A stretch of DNA of 62,369 nucleotides from contig JACQZB010000130.1 of the NCBI GenBank assembly GCA_016207925.1, positions 1 to 62,369 of the forward strand, read 5' to 3'. Position numbers and translations under genes: made by a program. Within the stretch, counting starts at the first letter, position 1, and each line of letters opens with the position of its first letter. Positions 14,669-23,322 of the stretch are shown here, one piece after another. Below the pieces are notes generated by a model, which saw nothing but the letters and a program-made list of their open reading frames with translations, was not told the DNA's origin and ran no database searches. The stretch is from Nitrospinota bacterium (GTDB taxonomy: Bacteria; Nitrospinota_A; UBA7883).

Positions 14669-15748
14669 ATGATGAAGCGCCGTCAATTCTTTTTGGTTTC
14701 CGCTCTAACCGCGGCGGGTGTTATCGCCGGCGCGCCCGCGATTCACGCCAACACGAAATTCTCGTGGAAACTGGTCACCTCGTGGCCGCCCAACTACCCC
14801 ATCCTGCAAACCAGCATCGAGGCGATGGCCAAGCGCATCGAACAGATGAGCGAAGGGCGGCTTGCCATCCGGGTGTATGCGGGCGGCGAGTTGGTTCCGG
14901 CGCTGGAGGTGTTCGACGCGGTGAGCGCGGGCACGGTGGAAATGGGAAACGGCGCCTCCTACTACTGGGCGGGCAAGGTTCCCGAAGCGCAGTTTTTCAC
15001 CTCCATCCCCTTCGGCTTTAACGCGCAGCAGATGAGCGCGTGGCTCAATTTTGGCGGCGGGCTGGAGTTATGGAACAAGGCTTATGAGCCGTTCAACCTG
15101 ATCGTGATGCCCGCGTTGGAAACCGGCGCGCAGATGTCCGCCTGGTATAAAAAGGAGATCAAGTCGCTGGCGGATTTGAAGGGGCTTAAAATGCGCGCGC
15201 CGGGATTGGGCGCCAAGGCCATGGCCAAGGCGGGCGTCTCCATCGTGCTTCTGCCGGGCGGTGAGTTGTACACCGCGCTGGAACGCGGAGTGATTGACGC
15301 GGCGGACTGGATCGCTCCCTATCACGACATGGCGCTGGGGCTGCACCGCGCCGCCTCCTACTACTACCATCCCGGCTGGCGCGAGCCGTGCGGCGTGTGC
15401 GAATTGACCGTCAACCGCACAGCATGGGACAGCCTGCCCAAGGACCTGCAAGCCATCGTCCGCGCGGCGGCGGCGGAGAATTACGTGAAAACGCTGGCGG
15501 AATTCGACGTGAACAACGCTCAGGCGCTACGCGAGTTGCGCGAGACTTACAAGGTCAAGGTGACCCGCTATCCCGATGACGTGCTGCGCGCGTTCAAAAA
15601 ATACGCCAGTGAGACGATACAGGAACTGGCGGCGGTGAGCCAGAACGCCCGCGCCATTTACGATTCGTACCACGCGTTCGCGGGCAAGGTCGGGCCGTGG
15701 ACGGAAAAAAGCCAGCGCGCTTACATGGCGGCGAAGGATGTGATGTGA
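14669..15748 (+). CDS. TRAP transporter substrate-binding protein, tandem paralog
   Basis: Has an RRQFF signal, WKLVTSWPPNYP and AGGELVPALEVFDAVSAGTVEMGN. It is clearly a paralog of the upstream gene. Confidence 0.85.
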   Translation: MMKRRQFFLVSALTAAGVIAGAPAIHANTKFSWKLVTSWPPNYPILQTSIEAMAKRIEQMSEGRLAIRVYAGGELVPALEVFDAVSAGTVEMGNGASYYWAGKVPEAQFFTSIPFGFNAQQMSAWLNFGGGLELWNKAYEPFNLIVMPALETGAQMSAWYKKEIKSLADLKGLKMRAPGLGAKAMAKAGVSIVLLPGGELYTALERGVIDAADWIAPYHDMALGLHRAASYYYHPGWREPCGVCELTVNRTAWDSLPKDLQAIVRAAAAENYVKTLAEFDVNNAQALRELRETYKVKVTRYPDDVLRAFKKYASETIQELAAVSQNARAIYDSYHAFAGKVGPWTEKSQRAYMAAKDVM

Positions 15749-16101
15749 TGAAAGGAATGGCGGTAAGCGCTCTGCTGACGCTGGCGGTAATAGCGGCTAT
15801 CCCCGCCGCCGCGCAGGAGAAGGCCCGGTTTAGCGAAGCCGAGGTGGCCCAGGGCTTGACCGCGGAACGCAACCTGGTTCATTACATCCACCTAAGCGGG
15901 GTATTGACCGACTTGTTGCGGGAGCAAAAACGGGTGTATCACGCCAACCACCAGGGCGAACCGAACACCCTCGCGGCGGATGTGGAAGACCTGCTCAACG
16001 AGGCGGGCATGGCCGCCAGCCGAAGCGATTTCGACGCCGCATGGGCCAGCATGGAAAAATCATCCAAGCTGCTGTTCGCCTCGCTCAAGGAGAGCCGGTA
16101 G
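15748..16101 (+). CDS. Small secreted helical protein, function unknown
   Basis: Signal peptide MKGMAVSALLTLAVIAAIPAAAQE. ATGA-type overlap with the upstream stop. No recognisable motif. Confidence 0.5.
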   Translation: MKGMAVSALLTLAVIAAIPAAAQEKARFSEAEVAQGLTAERNLVHYIHLSGVLTDLLREQKRVYHANHQGEPNTLAADVEDLLNEAGMAASRSDFDAAWASMEKSSKLLFASLKESR

Positions 16102-16108
16102 CCGTCCG

Positions 16109-16654
16109 TCAATGCCCGCCGCTTTTGCCCCTGCCGCCGGCGTGGGTGAAGTACAACGCGAGCGCCACGAATAAAATCCCCGCCCCAAGGTACAGCAGCT
16201 TCACCGGATCGTCGAAGACGATCTTATTGGCGCTTTTGAAAAACGTGACGATCAGGATCATCAGGATCACCTTGCCCAGGCGATCCTTGAGGTCGTCCAG
16301 GCTTTTGATGATCAGGATATTGCTGTGGGTCTCGTCCTCGGCGGCGTCAATTTTGCTGATAAAAAGCTCGTACAAGCCCAAGGCGAACAGCAGCAGCACC
16401 GTGGCCAGCAGGTAGTCGTCCACGGCGGCGATGATGCGCTCGATAGCCTTGGCATGGAACGCGGTCCAGTCGGCGGAGGGATCAACGGTAAGGCTGACGG
16501 CCCTGAGGGTCAGCGAGGTCACGTCCACGGTGGCCATGGCGAACAGCAGAAAGGCGCCCAGCAGGCTGGTGATCACCGCCAGGATGACGGCGAACCGGCT
16601 GGCCAAAAGGCCCCGTTCAAACGCGCGCTCGATTTTTCCGCTCTTGTTATTCAT
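16109..16654 (-). CDS. YqhA/UPF0114 family membrane protein
   Basis: Contains ..IERAFERGLLASRFAVILAVITSLLGAFLLF.. and has the 4-TM layout typical of UPF0114. Confidence 0.75.
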   Translation of the reverse strand: MNNKSGKIERAFERGLLASRFAVILAVITSLLGAFLLFAMATVDVTSLTLRAVSLTVDPSADWTAFHAKAIERIIAAVDDYLLATVLLLFALGLYELFISKIDAAEDETHSNILIIKSLDDLKDRLGKVILMILIVTFFKSANKIVFDDPVKLLYLGAGILFVALALYFTHAGGRGKSGGH

Positions 16655-16660
16655 TCCTGG

Positions 16661-17992
16661 TCACCCAAACATCCATTGCCGCACCATATCCGGCAGCCAC
16701 AACGCCAATGGGGGATAGGCTACCACAACCGCCAGCGCGATCAACTGGATCACCACGAAAGGGATGATGCCCCGGTACAGGTGATGGGTGGTGATCTGGG
16801 GCGGCGACACCCCCTTGAGGTAGAACAGCGAAAACCCGAACGGCGGGGTGAGAAAGCTGGTTTGCAGGTTCATCGCCACCAGGATGGCGAACCATACAGG
16901 GTTGAACCCCAAGCCGGTCATGACCGGCGCGATGATGGGGATGACGATAAACACGATCTCGATGAAGTCGAGGAAAAAACCGAGGAGAAACAGCGCCGCC
17001 ATGACCATGAACAAGGCGCCGTAGGGGCCGCCCGGATGCGTTTCCATAAACCCGCGCACCAAAGTGTCCCCCTCCAGCCCGCGGAAAACCAGCCCGAACG
17101 CCGACGCGCCCACGAAGATAAGGAAAATCATGGAAGTCAGCCTCAGCGTCACTTGGGCCGAGTCACGCAGCATCGTCACGGTCAGCCGGCCGTTGAGCGC
17201 GGTGAGCAGCATGGCGCCCACGCCCCCCATGGCCGCCGATTCGGTGGGGCTGGCGATTCCGAAAAAGATCGAGCCAAGCACCGCCACCATCAGCGCCAGC
17301 GGCGGGATCAGCGCATGGGCCACCTTGCGCGCCAGCCGCCCGCCATTCATCGCCGCACGCTCCTCCATGGGAAGCGCCGGGGCCAAATCCGGCTTTACCA
17401 GCGCGATGAAAGCTATCCACGCGATATACAGCGCCACCAGCGAAAGGCCCGGAATTACCGCGGCGATGAACAACTCGCCCACGGAGACGCCCATGATGTC
17501 GCCAAGCAGCACCAGAATCACCGACGGCGGGATGATCTGCCCCAACGTGCCGGAGGCCGCGATTACCCCGGTGGCCAACTCTGGCTGGTAGTTGCGTTTG
17601 AGCATCGTCGGAAGCGCCAACAGGCCCATAGTCACCACCGTGGCGCCCACGATGCCCGTGGAGGCCGCCAAAAGCGCGCCCACCACCACCACGGAAATAG
17701 CCAGCCCGCCCCGGACGCGCCCGAATAAAAGCGCCATCGTCTCCAGCAGTTCCTCCGCCAGGCCGGAGCGCTCCAGCAACACGCCCATGAACACAAACAG
17801 GGGCACGGCCAAAAGCGTGAAGTTGGTCATCACTCCCCAGATGCGCAGGGGAAGCAGGTTGAAAAAGTCCAACCCGAAACCGCATAGGCCAAAGACCAGC
17901 GCCACGCCGCCCAGCGTGAACGCCACCGGGTAGCCGAGCATCAGGAAAAATAGAAGGGCGCCGAACATCCACAGCGCCAAATACCCGCTCAC
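16661..17992 (-). CDS. dctM: TRAP transporter large permease (DctM)
   Basis: About 443 aa and polytopic, with DctM-type motifs (..GTLGQIIPPS.., ..FGIASPTESAAMG..). The start is taken at GTG 17992, which overlaps the dctQ stop; the 510-aa extension is rejected. Confidence 0.9.
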   Translation of the reverse strand: MSGYLALWMFGALLFFLMLGYPVAFTLGGVALVFGLCGFGLDFFNLLPLRIWGVMTNFTLLAVPLFVFMGVLLERSGLAEELLETMALLFGRVRGGLAISVVVVGALLAASTGIVGATVVTMGLLALPTMLKRNYQPELATGVIAASGTLGQIIPPSVILVLLGDIMGVSVGELFIAAVIPGLSLVALYIAWIAFIALVKPDLAPALPMEERAAMNGGRLARKVAHALIPPLALMVAVLGSIFFGIASPTESAAMGGVGAMLLTALNGRLTVTMLRDSAQVTLRLTSMIFLIFVGASAFGLVFRGLEGDTLVRGFMETHPGGPYGALFMVMAALFLLGFFLDFIEIVFIVIPIIAPVMTGLGFNPVWFAILVAMNLQTSFLTPPFGFSLFYLKGVSPPQITTHHLYRGIIPFVVIQLIALAVVVAYPPLALWLPDMVRQWMFG

Positions 17993-18540
17993 GCCCGGCG
18001 CTCCCCGTCCAGCAGCCGTAAAGCGCTTTTTAGCGCCTGCGCCACGCCGGCGGCGGCCACCAGCGCAAAGCCCGCGATGATCATCGCCTTGAGCGCATAG
18101 CGCGCCGGCAACCCTCCCGGATCGCCGCTGGCTTCGCGGATGGAGAAAGAGTTGGCGACAAAACCCCAGGCTGTCCAGATTATCAGCGCGCAAAAAGGGA
18201 GCAGCAGGAACAGGGCGCCGAGCAGGTCAATGGCCGCGCGCGCGCGCGCGCTGGCCTTGGCGTAGAAAATGTCCACCCGCACGTGCGCGTCGTACTTTAA
18301 CGTGTAGCCCGCGCCCAGAAGAAAAATGATGGAAAACAGGTGCCACTCAAGCTCCTGCAGCGCCACCGAGCCGGACTTGAAGGCATAGCGCGCCAGCACG
18401 TCGTAGGCGGTTAACAGCGTCAGCGCCACGCACAGCCACGCCACCGCGCGGCCCACCCGCTCGTTGATTCCGTCCAGCAGGCGCGCAAGGCGCCCGGCCA
18501 GCAGTAGTGCCCCTGTTCGCATCGTGGCAATGTAAACCAA
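17989..18540 (-). CDS. dctQ: TRAP transporter small permease (DctQ)
   Basis: 4-TM protein of about 180 aa directly upstream of and coupled to dctM. The start could be M7 (18522). Confidence 0.8.
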   Translation of the reverse strand: MVYIATMRTGALLLAGRLARLLDGINERVGRAVAWLCVALTLLTAYDVLARYAFKSGSVALQELEWHLFSIIFLLGAGYTLKYDAHVRVDIFYAKASARARAAIDLLGALFLLLPFCALIIWTAWGFVANSFSIREASGDPGGLPARYALKAMIIAGFALVAAAGVAQALKSALRLLDGERRA

Positions 18541-18571
18541 GCGGGGCGCGGGCGCAATGGGAGGCGGGGCC

Positions 18572-18600
18572 TTGACAGCGCGGCCTTCACGGGATAAGGT
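18572..18600 (+). promoter_or_regulatory. Candidate sigma70-type promoter for the fab operon
   Basis: TTGACA-17 nt-TAAGGT, about 30 nt upstream of the fabD ATG. Pattern match only. Confidence 0.4.
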
Positions 18601-18629
18601 ACACTTCCCGTTTTATACGCGATCAAACT

Positions 18630-19565
18630 ATGGGAGACAACTACGCCCTGCTTTTCCCCGGCCAAGGCGCGCAGTTCGCCGGCATGGGGGCCTCGTTCGC
18701 CGAAGCTTCGCCTTCGGCGCGCCGCCGTTTGGAACAGGCCGGCGATACGCTCGGGTTCGGCATCGGCAAGCTGATCCTGGAAGGGCCGGAGAGCGACCTG
18801 GCGCTGACCAGCAACACCCAGCCGGCGATACTGCTGGTGTCGGTAATGGCGCTCGACGCCCTTGCCGAGCGGATGGAACTGGCGCCCGCCGCCGTGGCGG
18901 GGCACAGCTTGGGCGAGTTTAGCGCCTGTTACGCCGCCGGAGTGTTCGGCTTTGAGGACGCGCTGCGGATAACCCGTAAGCGCGGCGAGTTGATGCAATC
19001 GGCCACGCCGCCGGGCGTGGGGGGGATGGCCGCCATACTGGGCCTTCCGGCGGATGACGTAACCGCGGTTTGCCGGGAAGCCGGCGGCGAAGTATGGCCT
19101 GCCAATTTCAACAGCCCGGAGCAGACGGTGATCGCCGGCAAGAAAGCCGATGTGGAGCGGGCGGGGGAGTTCGCAGCGAAAAAAGGAGCGAAAAAGGTTG
19201 TGCCGTTGGCCGTAAGCGCCCCTTTTCATACCCCGTTGATGAAACCGGCCCAGGAAGGGCTGGCGGAATTCATGAAGACTATCGCGTTCACCGACCCGAA
19301 GTTTCCGGTGATCCGCAACGTGGACGCGGGCTTGTCGCGCACGGCGGCGGAAGTCCGCGACGGGCTGGTGCGTCAAGTGACCGGATGTGTGCGATGGGTT
19401 GACTCCATGCGCGCGCTGGCGGGGATGGGCGTGAGCCGGGTATATGAAGTTGGCCCCGGCAAGACCCTGTGCGGGCTGATGAAGCGGATAGAAAAAGGCA
19501 TAGCCGCGTTTCCCGTTGGCACGGCGGCGGAGGCGGTCCAAACAGTGGAGGCGGCGCGTGGGTAA
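18630..19565 (+). CDS. fabD: Malonyl-CoA:ACP transacylase
   Basis: Contains FPGQGAQ, GHSLGEFSA (active-site Ser), and ..APFHTPLM... Confidence 0.95.
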   Translation: MGDNYALLFPGQGAQFAGMGASFAEASPSARRRLEQAGDTLGFGIGKLILEGPESDLALTSNTQPAILLVSVMALDALAERMELAPAAVAGHSLGEFSACYAAGVFGFEDALRITRKRGELMQSATPPGVGGMAAILGLPADDVTAVCREAGGEVWPANFNSPEQTVIAGKKADVERAGEFAAKKGAKKVVPLAVSAPFHTPLMKPAQEGLAEFMKTIAFTDPKFPVIRNVDAGLSRTAAEVRDGLVRQVTGCVRWVDSMRALAGMGVSRVYEVGPGKTLCGLMKRIEKGIAAFPVGTAAEAVQTVEAARG

Positions 19566-20298
19566 ACTGGAAGGCAAGGTGGCCCTTATCACCGGGGCCG
19601 CGCGGGGTATCGGGCGGGCCATCGCCGAGGCGTTCGCGCGGGAGGGGGCGGACCTGTTTTTGGTGACGCGCTCTACGCCGCTGGACGAAGTAAAATCCGT
19701 GTGCGAGGCGCTGGGCCGCCGGGTGGTGGCGCGTCAGGCCAACGTGGCCGATCATACGGGCGCCACGGTATTGGTTGGCGACGCAGTGGCGCAGTTGGGC
19801 GGGTTGGACATTCTGGTCAACAACGCTGGGATCACCCGCGACGCCTTGCTGGTGCGGATGAAGGACGCCGATTTCGACGACGTGATCAACACCAACCTGC
19901 GCGGCGCGTTTTACCTGATGCGCGAGGCCGCCAAGGTGATGATGAAAAAGCGCTGGGGCCGCATCATCAACATATCCTCCGTGGTCGGCGAGGTGGGCAA
20001 TGCCGGACAGGTCAATTACGCCGCCAGCAAGGCGGGGCTTATCGGCATGACAAAATCGGCGGCGCGCGAACTGGCGCCCCGGCAGGTGACCGTGAACGCC
20101 ATCGCCCCCGGTTTTATCACCACGGACATGACGGAAGTTTTGAATGACGCCGCCAAGGCGCAATTGTTACAATCTATTCCTCTGGGCCGTTTTGGCGCCC
20201 CGGAGGTGGTGGCCGCCGGGGCGGTGTTCCTGGCGTCCGGCGACGCCGCGTACATCACCGGCCATACGCTGGCGGTCAACGGCGGCATGGCCATGTAA
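19558..20298 (+). CDS. fabG: 3-oxoacyl-ACP reductase
   Basis: Contains LEGKVALITGAARGIG, NNAGITRD, and YAASKAG (the YxxxK motif). The start is at GTG 19558. Confidence 0.95.
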   Translation: MGKLEGKVALITGAARGIGRAIAEAFAREGADLFLVTRSTPLDEVKSVCEALGRRVVARQANVADHTGATVLVGDAVAQLGGLDILVNNAGITRDALLVRMKDADFDDVINTNLRGAFYLMREAAKVMMKKRWGRIINISSVVGEVGNAGQVNYAASKAGLIGMTKSAARELAPRQVTVNAIAPGFITTDMTEVLNDAAKAQLLQSIPLGRFGAPEVVAAGAVFLASGDAAYITGHTLAVNGGMAM

Positions 20299-20370
20299 AT
20301 GGGGAATCGCCATCCGGTTTTTCGCCGGAGTGCGGTACAATAGCAGGGCATTCAACAGGAGAAAGGTTTT

Positions 20371-20610
20371 ATGTCGATTGAAGAGAAGGTCAAGGCCATC
20401 ATTGTCGAGCAGCTTGAGGTGGACCCCGGACAGGTTGCGCCCAGCGCGAAATTCGACAGCGATCTTGACGCCGATTCGCTGGACGTCGTGGAGTTGGTCA
20501 TGGCTTTCGAGGAAGCGTTTGACATCGAGATTCCCGACGAGGACGCGGAAAAGATTCAAACCGTCCAGCAGGCGGTTGACTATATCGCCGCCGCGGCCAA
20601 GCAGGGGTAA
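20371..20610 (+). CDS. acpP: Acyl carrier protein
   Basis: 79 aa with [18 protein letters not shown] (phosphopantetheine-attachment Ser). Confidence 0.96.
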   Translation: MSIEEKVKAIIVEQLEVDPGQVAPSAKFDSDLDADSLDVVELVMAFEEAFDIEIPDEDAEKIQTVQQAVDYIAAAAKQG

Positions 20611-20670
20611 TCCCCGCCCGTCTCCGGCCCCGGCCGGACGGAGGGGCGCTCCGCAAGCGCATTACGCAGG

Positions 20671-21609
20671 ATGAAGAACGTAGTAGTCACCGGTCTTGGC
20701 ATGGTCACGCCGCTGGGTATCGGCGTGCCGGCCACCTGGCAGGCCGCCCTTGAGGGCCGGTCGGGCGTAGGCCTCATCACCCGTTTCGACGCCGCCGACT
20801 ATCCTTGCCGCATCGCCGCCGAAGTGAAAGGCTTCGAGCCGCGCGATTACATAGACGGCAAGGAAGTCAAGAAAATGGATACCTTTATCCACTACGCCAT
20901 CGCCGCGGCCCGGTTCGCCCTGACGGACGCGGGCATCGAGCCGGAAAAGCCCCCCGAAGAGGAGCGGCGGCGCGTGGGCGCCGCGCGGGCGCTCTCACGC
21001 CGAAACGACGAGCCGCGGAAGGCCAGCCGCCCCTTCGACCGCGACCGGGACGGATTCGTCATGGGCGAGGGCAGCGGCGTGGTGTTGCTGGAGCGGCGCG
21101 ACCGCGCGCTGGCCCGCGGCGCCAAAATCTACGCCGAACTGGCCGGCTACGGCATGAGCGCCGACGCCTACCACATCACCGCCCCGCCGGAAGGGGGCGA
21201 AGGCGCCGTCCGCTGCATGACCAACGCCTTGGCCGACGCGGGCGTGGCGCCGGAGACGGTTGGCTATATCAACGCCCACGCTACCTCCACCATGGCCGAC
21301 GCCATCGAAACCCAGGCCATAAAAACCGTGTTCGGCGAGCAAGCCCGCAAGCTGGTGGTCAGTTCCACCAAATCCATGACGGGGCATTTGCTGGGCGCCG
21401 CCGGCGGCGTGGAGGCGATCTTCGCCCTTAAGGCGATGGAAACGGGCATGATCCCGCCCACCATCAATCTGGATAACCCCGACCCCGCGTGCGACCTGGA
21501 CTACGCCCCCCACAAACCCGTCGCGCGGACGCTGGACTGCGTCCTGTCGAATTCATTCGGTTTCGGAGGCGTCAACGGCACGCTGGTATTCAAAAAATTC
21601 ACCCCCTAG
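20671..21609 (+). CDS. fabF: FabF-like 3-oxoacyl-ACP synthase II with an in-frame internal deletion of about 100 aa that removes the active-site Cys region
   Basis: 312 aa versus about 410 in the family. The N-terminus ([13 protein letters not shown]) and C-terminal half ([32 protein letters not shown]) are intact. However, ..RRVGA|[11 protein letters not shown].. skips the segment that normally holds the ..ACATG.. nucleophile. Confidence 0.85.
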   Translation: MKNVVVTGLGMVTPLGIGVPATWQAALEGRSGVGLITRFDAADYPCRIAAEVKGFEPRDYIDGKEVKKMDTFIHYAIAAARFALTDAGIEPEKPPEEERRRVGAARALSRRNDEPRKASRPFDRDRDGFVMGEGSGVVLLERRDRALARGAKIYAELAGYGMSADAYHITAPPEGGEGAVRCMTNALADAGVAPETVGYINAHATSTMADAIETQAIKTVFGEQARKLVVSSTKSMTGHLLGAAGGVEAIFALKAMETGMIPPTINLDNPDPACDLDYAPHKPVARTLDCVLSNSFGFGGVNGTLVFKKFTP

Positions 21610-21615
21610 AAGTCC

Positions 21616-22341
21616 ATGATCGAACCGAAGCGGCTCGTGGAGCTTAAAGAGCTTTCCCGGCAGTTCGGCTATACCTTCAAGAACCTCGAATACCTCAATA
21701 AATCGCTCACCCACAAGTCCTACGCCAACGAAAACCAAAGCTACCCCGTCAAGGACAACGAACGGTTCGAGTTCCTGGGCGACTCCGTGATTGACCTGGT
21801 CGTCTCGCGCTATCTGTTGTTCCAGAACCGGCAGATGAGCGAGGGCGAGCTTTCCAAAATCCGCGCCCAGATCGTCAACGAGCAATCGCTGGCCGATCTG
21901 GCCCGCGCCATTCGCTTGGGCCATTACCTGCTGCTGGGCAAAGGCGAGGAGCAAAGCGGCGGGCGCGAGAAAAACTCGATCCTCGCCAACACCTTTGAAG
22001 CGGTGTTCGCGGCGCTGTTCCTGGACTCCTCCTACGCCGAGGTGTACGAGATTTTCCTGCGCCTGTTCAAGAACCACGTGGACACTATCGTGGCCCAGAA
22101 ACGGGTCACCGACTACAAAGGGCTGCTCCAGAAATATTGCCAGGCCCACATCCTTTCCAATCCGCAGTACAAACTGGTCAAGGAAAGCGGGCCGGATCAC
22201 GAGAAGGTGTTCGTCATCCAGGCGTACATCCTTGGCGAGCCGTTCGGCATGGGCATCGGCCGCACCAAGAAGGAGGCGGAACAGGCCGCCGCCCGCCACA
22301 GCTACGAATCGCTCACCGAACGCCACAAGCACGTGGTGTAG
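21616..22341 (+). CDS. rnc: Ribonuclease III
   Basis: Contains ERFEFLGDSVIDLVVS (RNase III signature) and a C-terminal dsRBD (..GPDHEKVF....GRTKKEAEQAAA). Confidence 0.95.
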   Translation: MIEPKRLVELKELSRQFGYTFKNLEYLNKSLTHKSYANENQSYPVKDNERFEFLGDSVIDLVVSRYLLFQNRQMSEGELSKIRAQIVNEQSLADLARAIRLGHYLLLGKGEEQSGGREKNSILANTFEAVFAALFLDSSYAEVYEIFLRLFKNHVDTIVAQKRVTDYKGLLQKYCQAHILSNPQYKLVKESGPDHEKVFVIQAYILGEPFGMGIGRTKKEAEQAAARHSYESLTERHKHVV

Positions 22342-22370
22342 CGGCCAGCCGCGGCCCGCGTGAATTGACC

Positions 22371-23018
22371 ATGACCGTCATCCGCGTTTCTGAACTGTTC
22401 GTCTCCCTGCAGGGTGAGGGGACGCGCGCGGGGATTCCCTGCGCTTTCATCCGGCTGGCGGGGTGCAACCTGGCCTGCGCGTACTGCGACAGCGCCTACG
22501 CCGCCAAGTCCGAAGGTGAGCCGCGGGAGGCGCGGGACGTAGCGCGCTGGGCGCGGGACGCGGCCACGCCAACGGTCATGCTCACCGGCGGCGAGCCGCT
22601 CCACCAGCCGGGCGCGGCGGAACTGTTGCGCCTGCTGTGCGGCGGCGGGGGCGACGTGGCGGTGGAAACCAACGGCTCCATCCCCTTGGCGCCGGTCGAC
22701 CGGCGCGCGCGCTACATTGTGGATGTAAAGACGCCCGGCTCCGGCGCGGGCGGCTCGTTCCACGAGTCCAACTGGGAATCGTTGCGTCCGCAGGATGAAA
22801 TTAAGTTCGTCATCACCTCACGGGCCGATTTTGATTGGACGGTTGAGATTGTCCGGTCGCGGGAGTTGGACCGGCGCCTGCCGGTGTTGATCTCCCCCGC
22901 CTGGGGCCTTGTCACGCTGACGGACGCGGCGGCGTGGATATTGGAGTCCCGCCTGTGGCTTCGCCTGTCGCCGCAATTGCACAAGCTCATTTGGGGACCG
23001 GACAGGCGGGGAGTATAG
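22371..23018 (+). CDS. queE: 7-carboxy-7-deazaguanine synthase (radical SAM)
   Basis: Contains ELFVSLQGEGTRAGIPCAFIRLAGCNLACAYCDS. The start is at ATG 22371, because the longer ORF overlaps rnc. Confidence 0.9.
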   Translation: MTVIRVSELFVSLQGEGTRAGIPCAFIRLAGCNLACAYCDSAYAAKSEGEPREARDVARWARDAATPTVMLTGGEPLHQPGAAELLRLLCGGGGDVAVETNGSIPLAPVDRRARYIVDVKTPGSGAGGSFHESNWESLRPQDEIKFVITSRADFDWTVEIVRSRELDRRLPVLISPAWGLVTLTDAAAWILESRLWLRLSPQLHKLIWGPDRRGV

Positions 23019-23074
23019 CCGTGTTTCTGTGTAAAGGGCGCAAAAAAGGGATTTGCGCACCATGCCTCTACCCA

Positions 23075-23102
23075 GACCGTGGTCAGGCGGCCACGGGGAA
23101 GC
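23075..23102 (+). repeat. 28-nt GC-rich hairpin unit (GACCGTGGTCAGGCGRCCACGGGGAAGC), copy 1
   Basis: Identical except for one base to 42761-42788. The core is the hairpin gtggtc-aggc-gaccac. Confidence 0.8.
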
Positions 23103-23171
23103 GTGAAAAGGGCGCCACGACCAGTAAGGGAGAGGAGCCGATTCGCCACCGCGGTCGTTTCTTAATTTGCG

Positions 23172-23232
23172 GGAGCGCGGGCATCTTGCCCGCATTGTAT
23201 TTTATCCATTGCGGGCGGGACGCCCGCGCTCC
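23172..23232. repeat. Imperfect 26-nt inverted repeat (ggagcgcgggcatcttgcccgcattg / cattgcgggcgggacgcccgcgctcc)
   Basis: The arms at 23172-23197 and 23207-23232 match at 22/26 positions after reverse complementing. Each arm also contains its own small hairpin. The repeat lies between the convergent queE and rseP genes. Confidence 0.75.
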
Positions 23233-23322
23233 TGTAATGGGGATACGGCTACCGTTGCCCCTACGGGAACAACTATGTACGAATCCCGAAACCCTGAACG
23301 CAGTGAAGGGCCTTGCAGCCTC

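Noticed and set aside
20976-20984. The short FabF, considered as a natural Cys-less condensing-enzyme variant (for example a chain-length-factor-like or decarboxylase-type KS).
   Set aside because: Such variants substitute the Cys but keep the whole thiolase fold. Here about 100 residues of the N-terminal half-domain are missing outright, which should not fold. A deletion or artefact is more likely.
22137-22370. Long 5' extensions of queE (from 22137), purM (from 48579), dctM (to 18193), fabG (from 19516) and atpA (from 8622).
   Set aside because: The extensions overlap the preceding gene or lack homology. Internal starts give family-typical N-termini, often with a Shine-Dalgarno sequence or a stop/start overlap.
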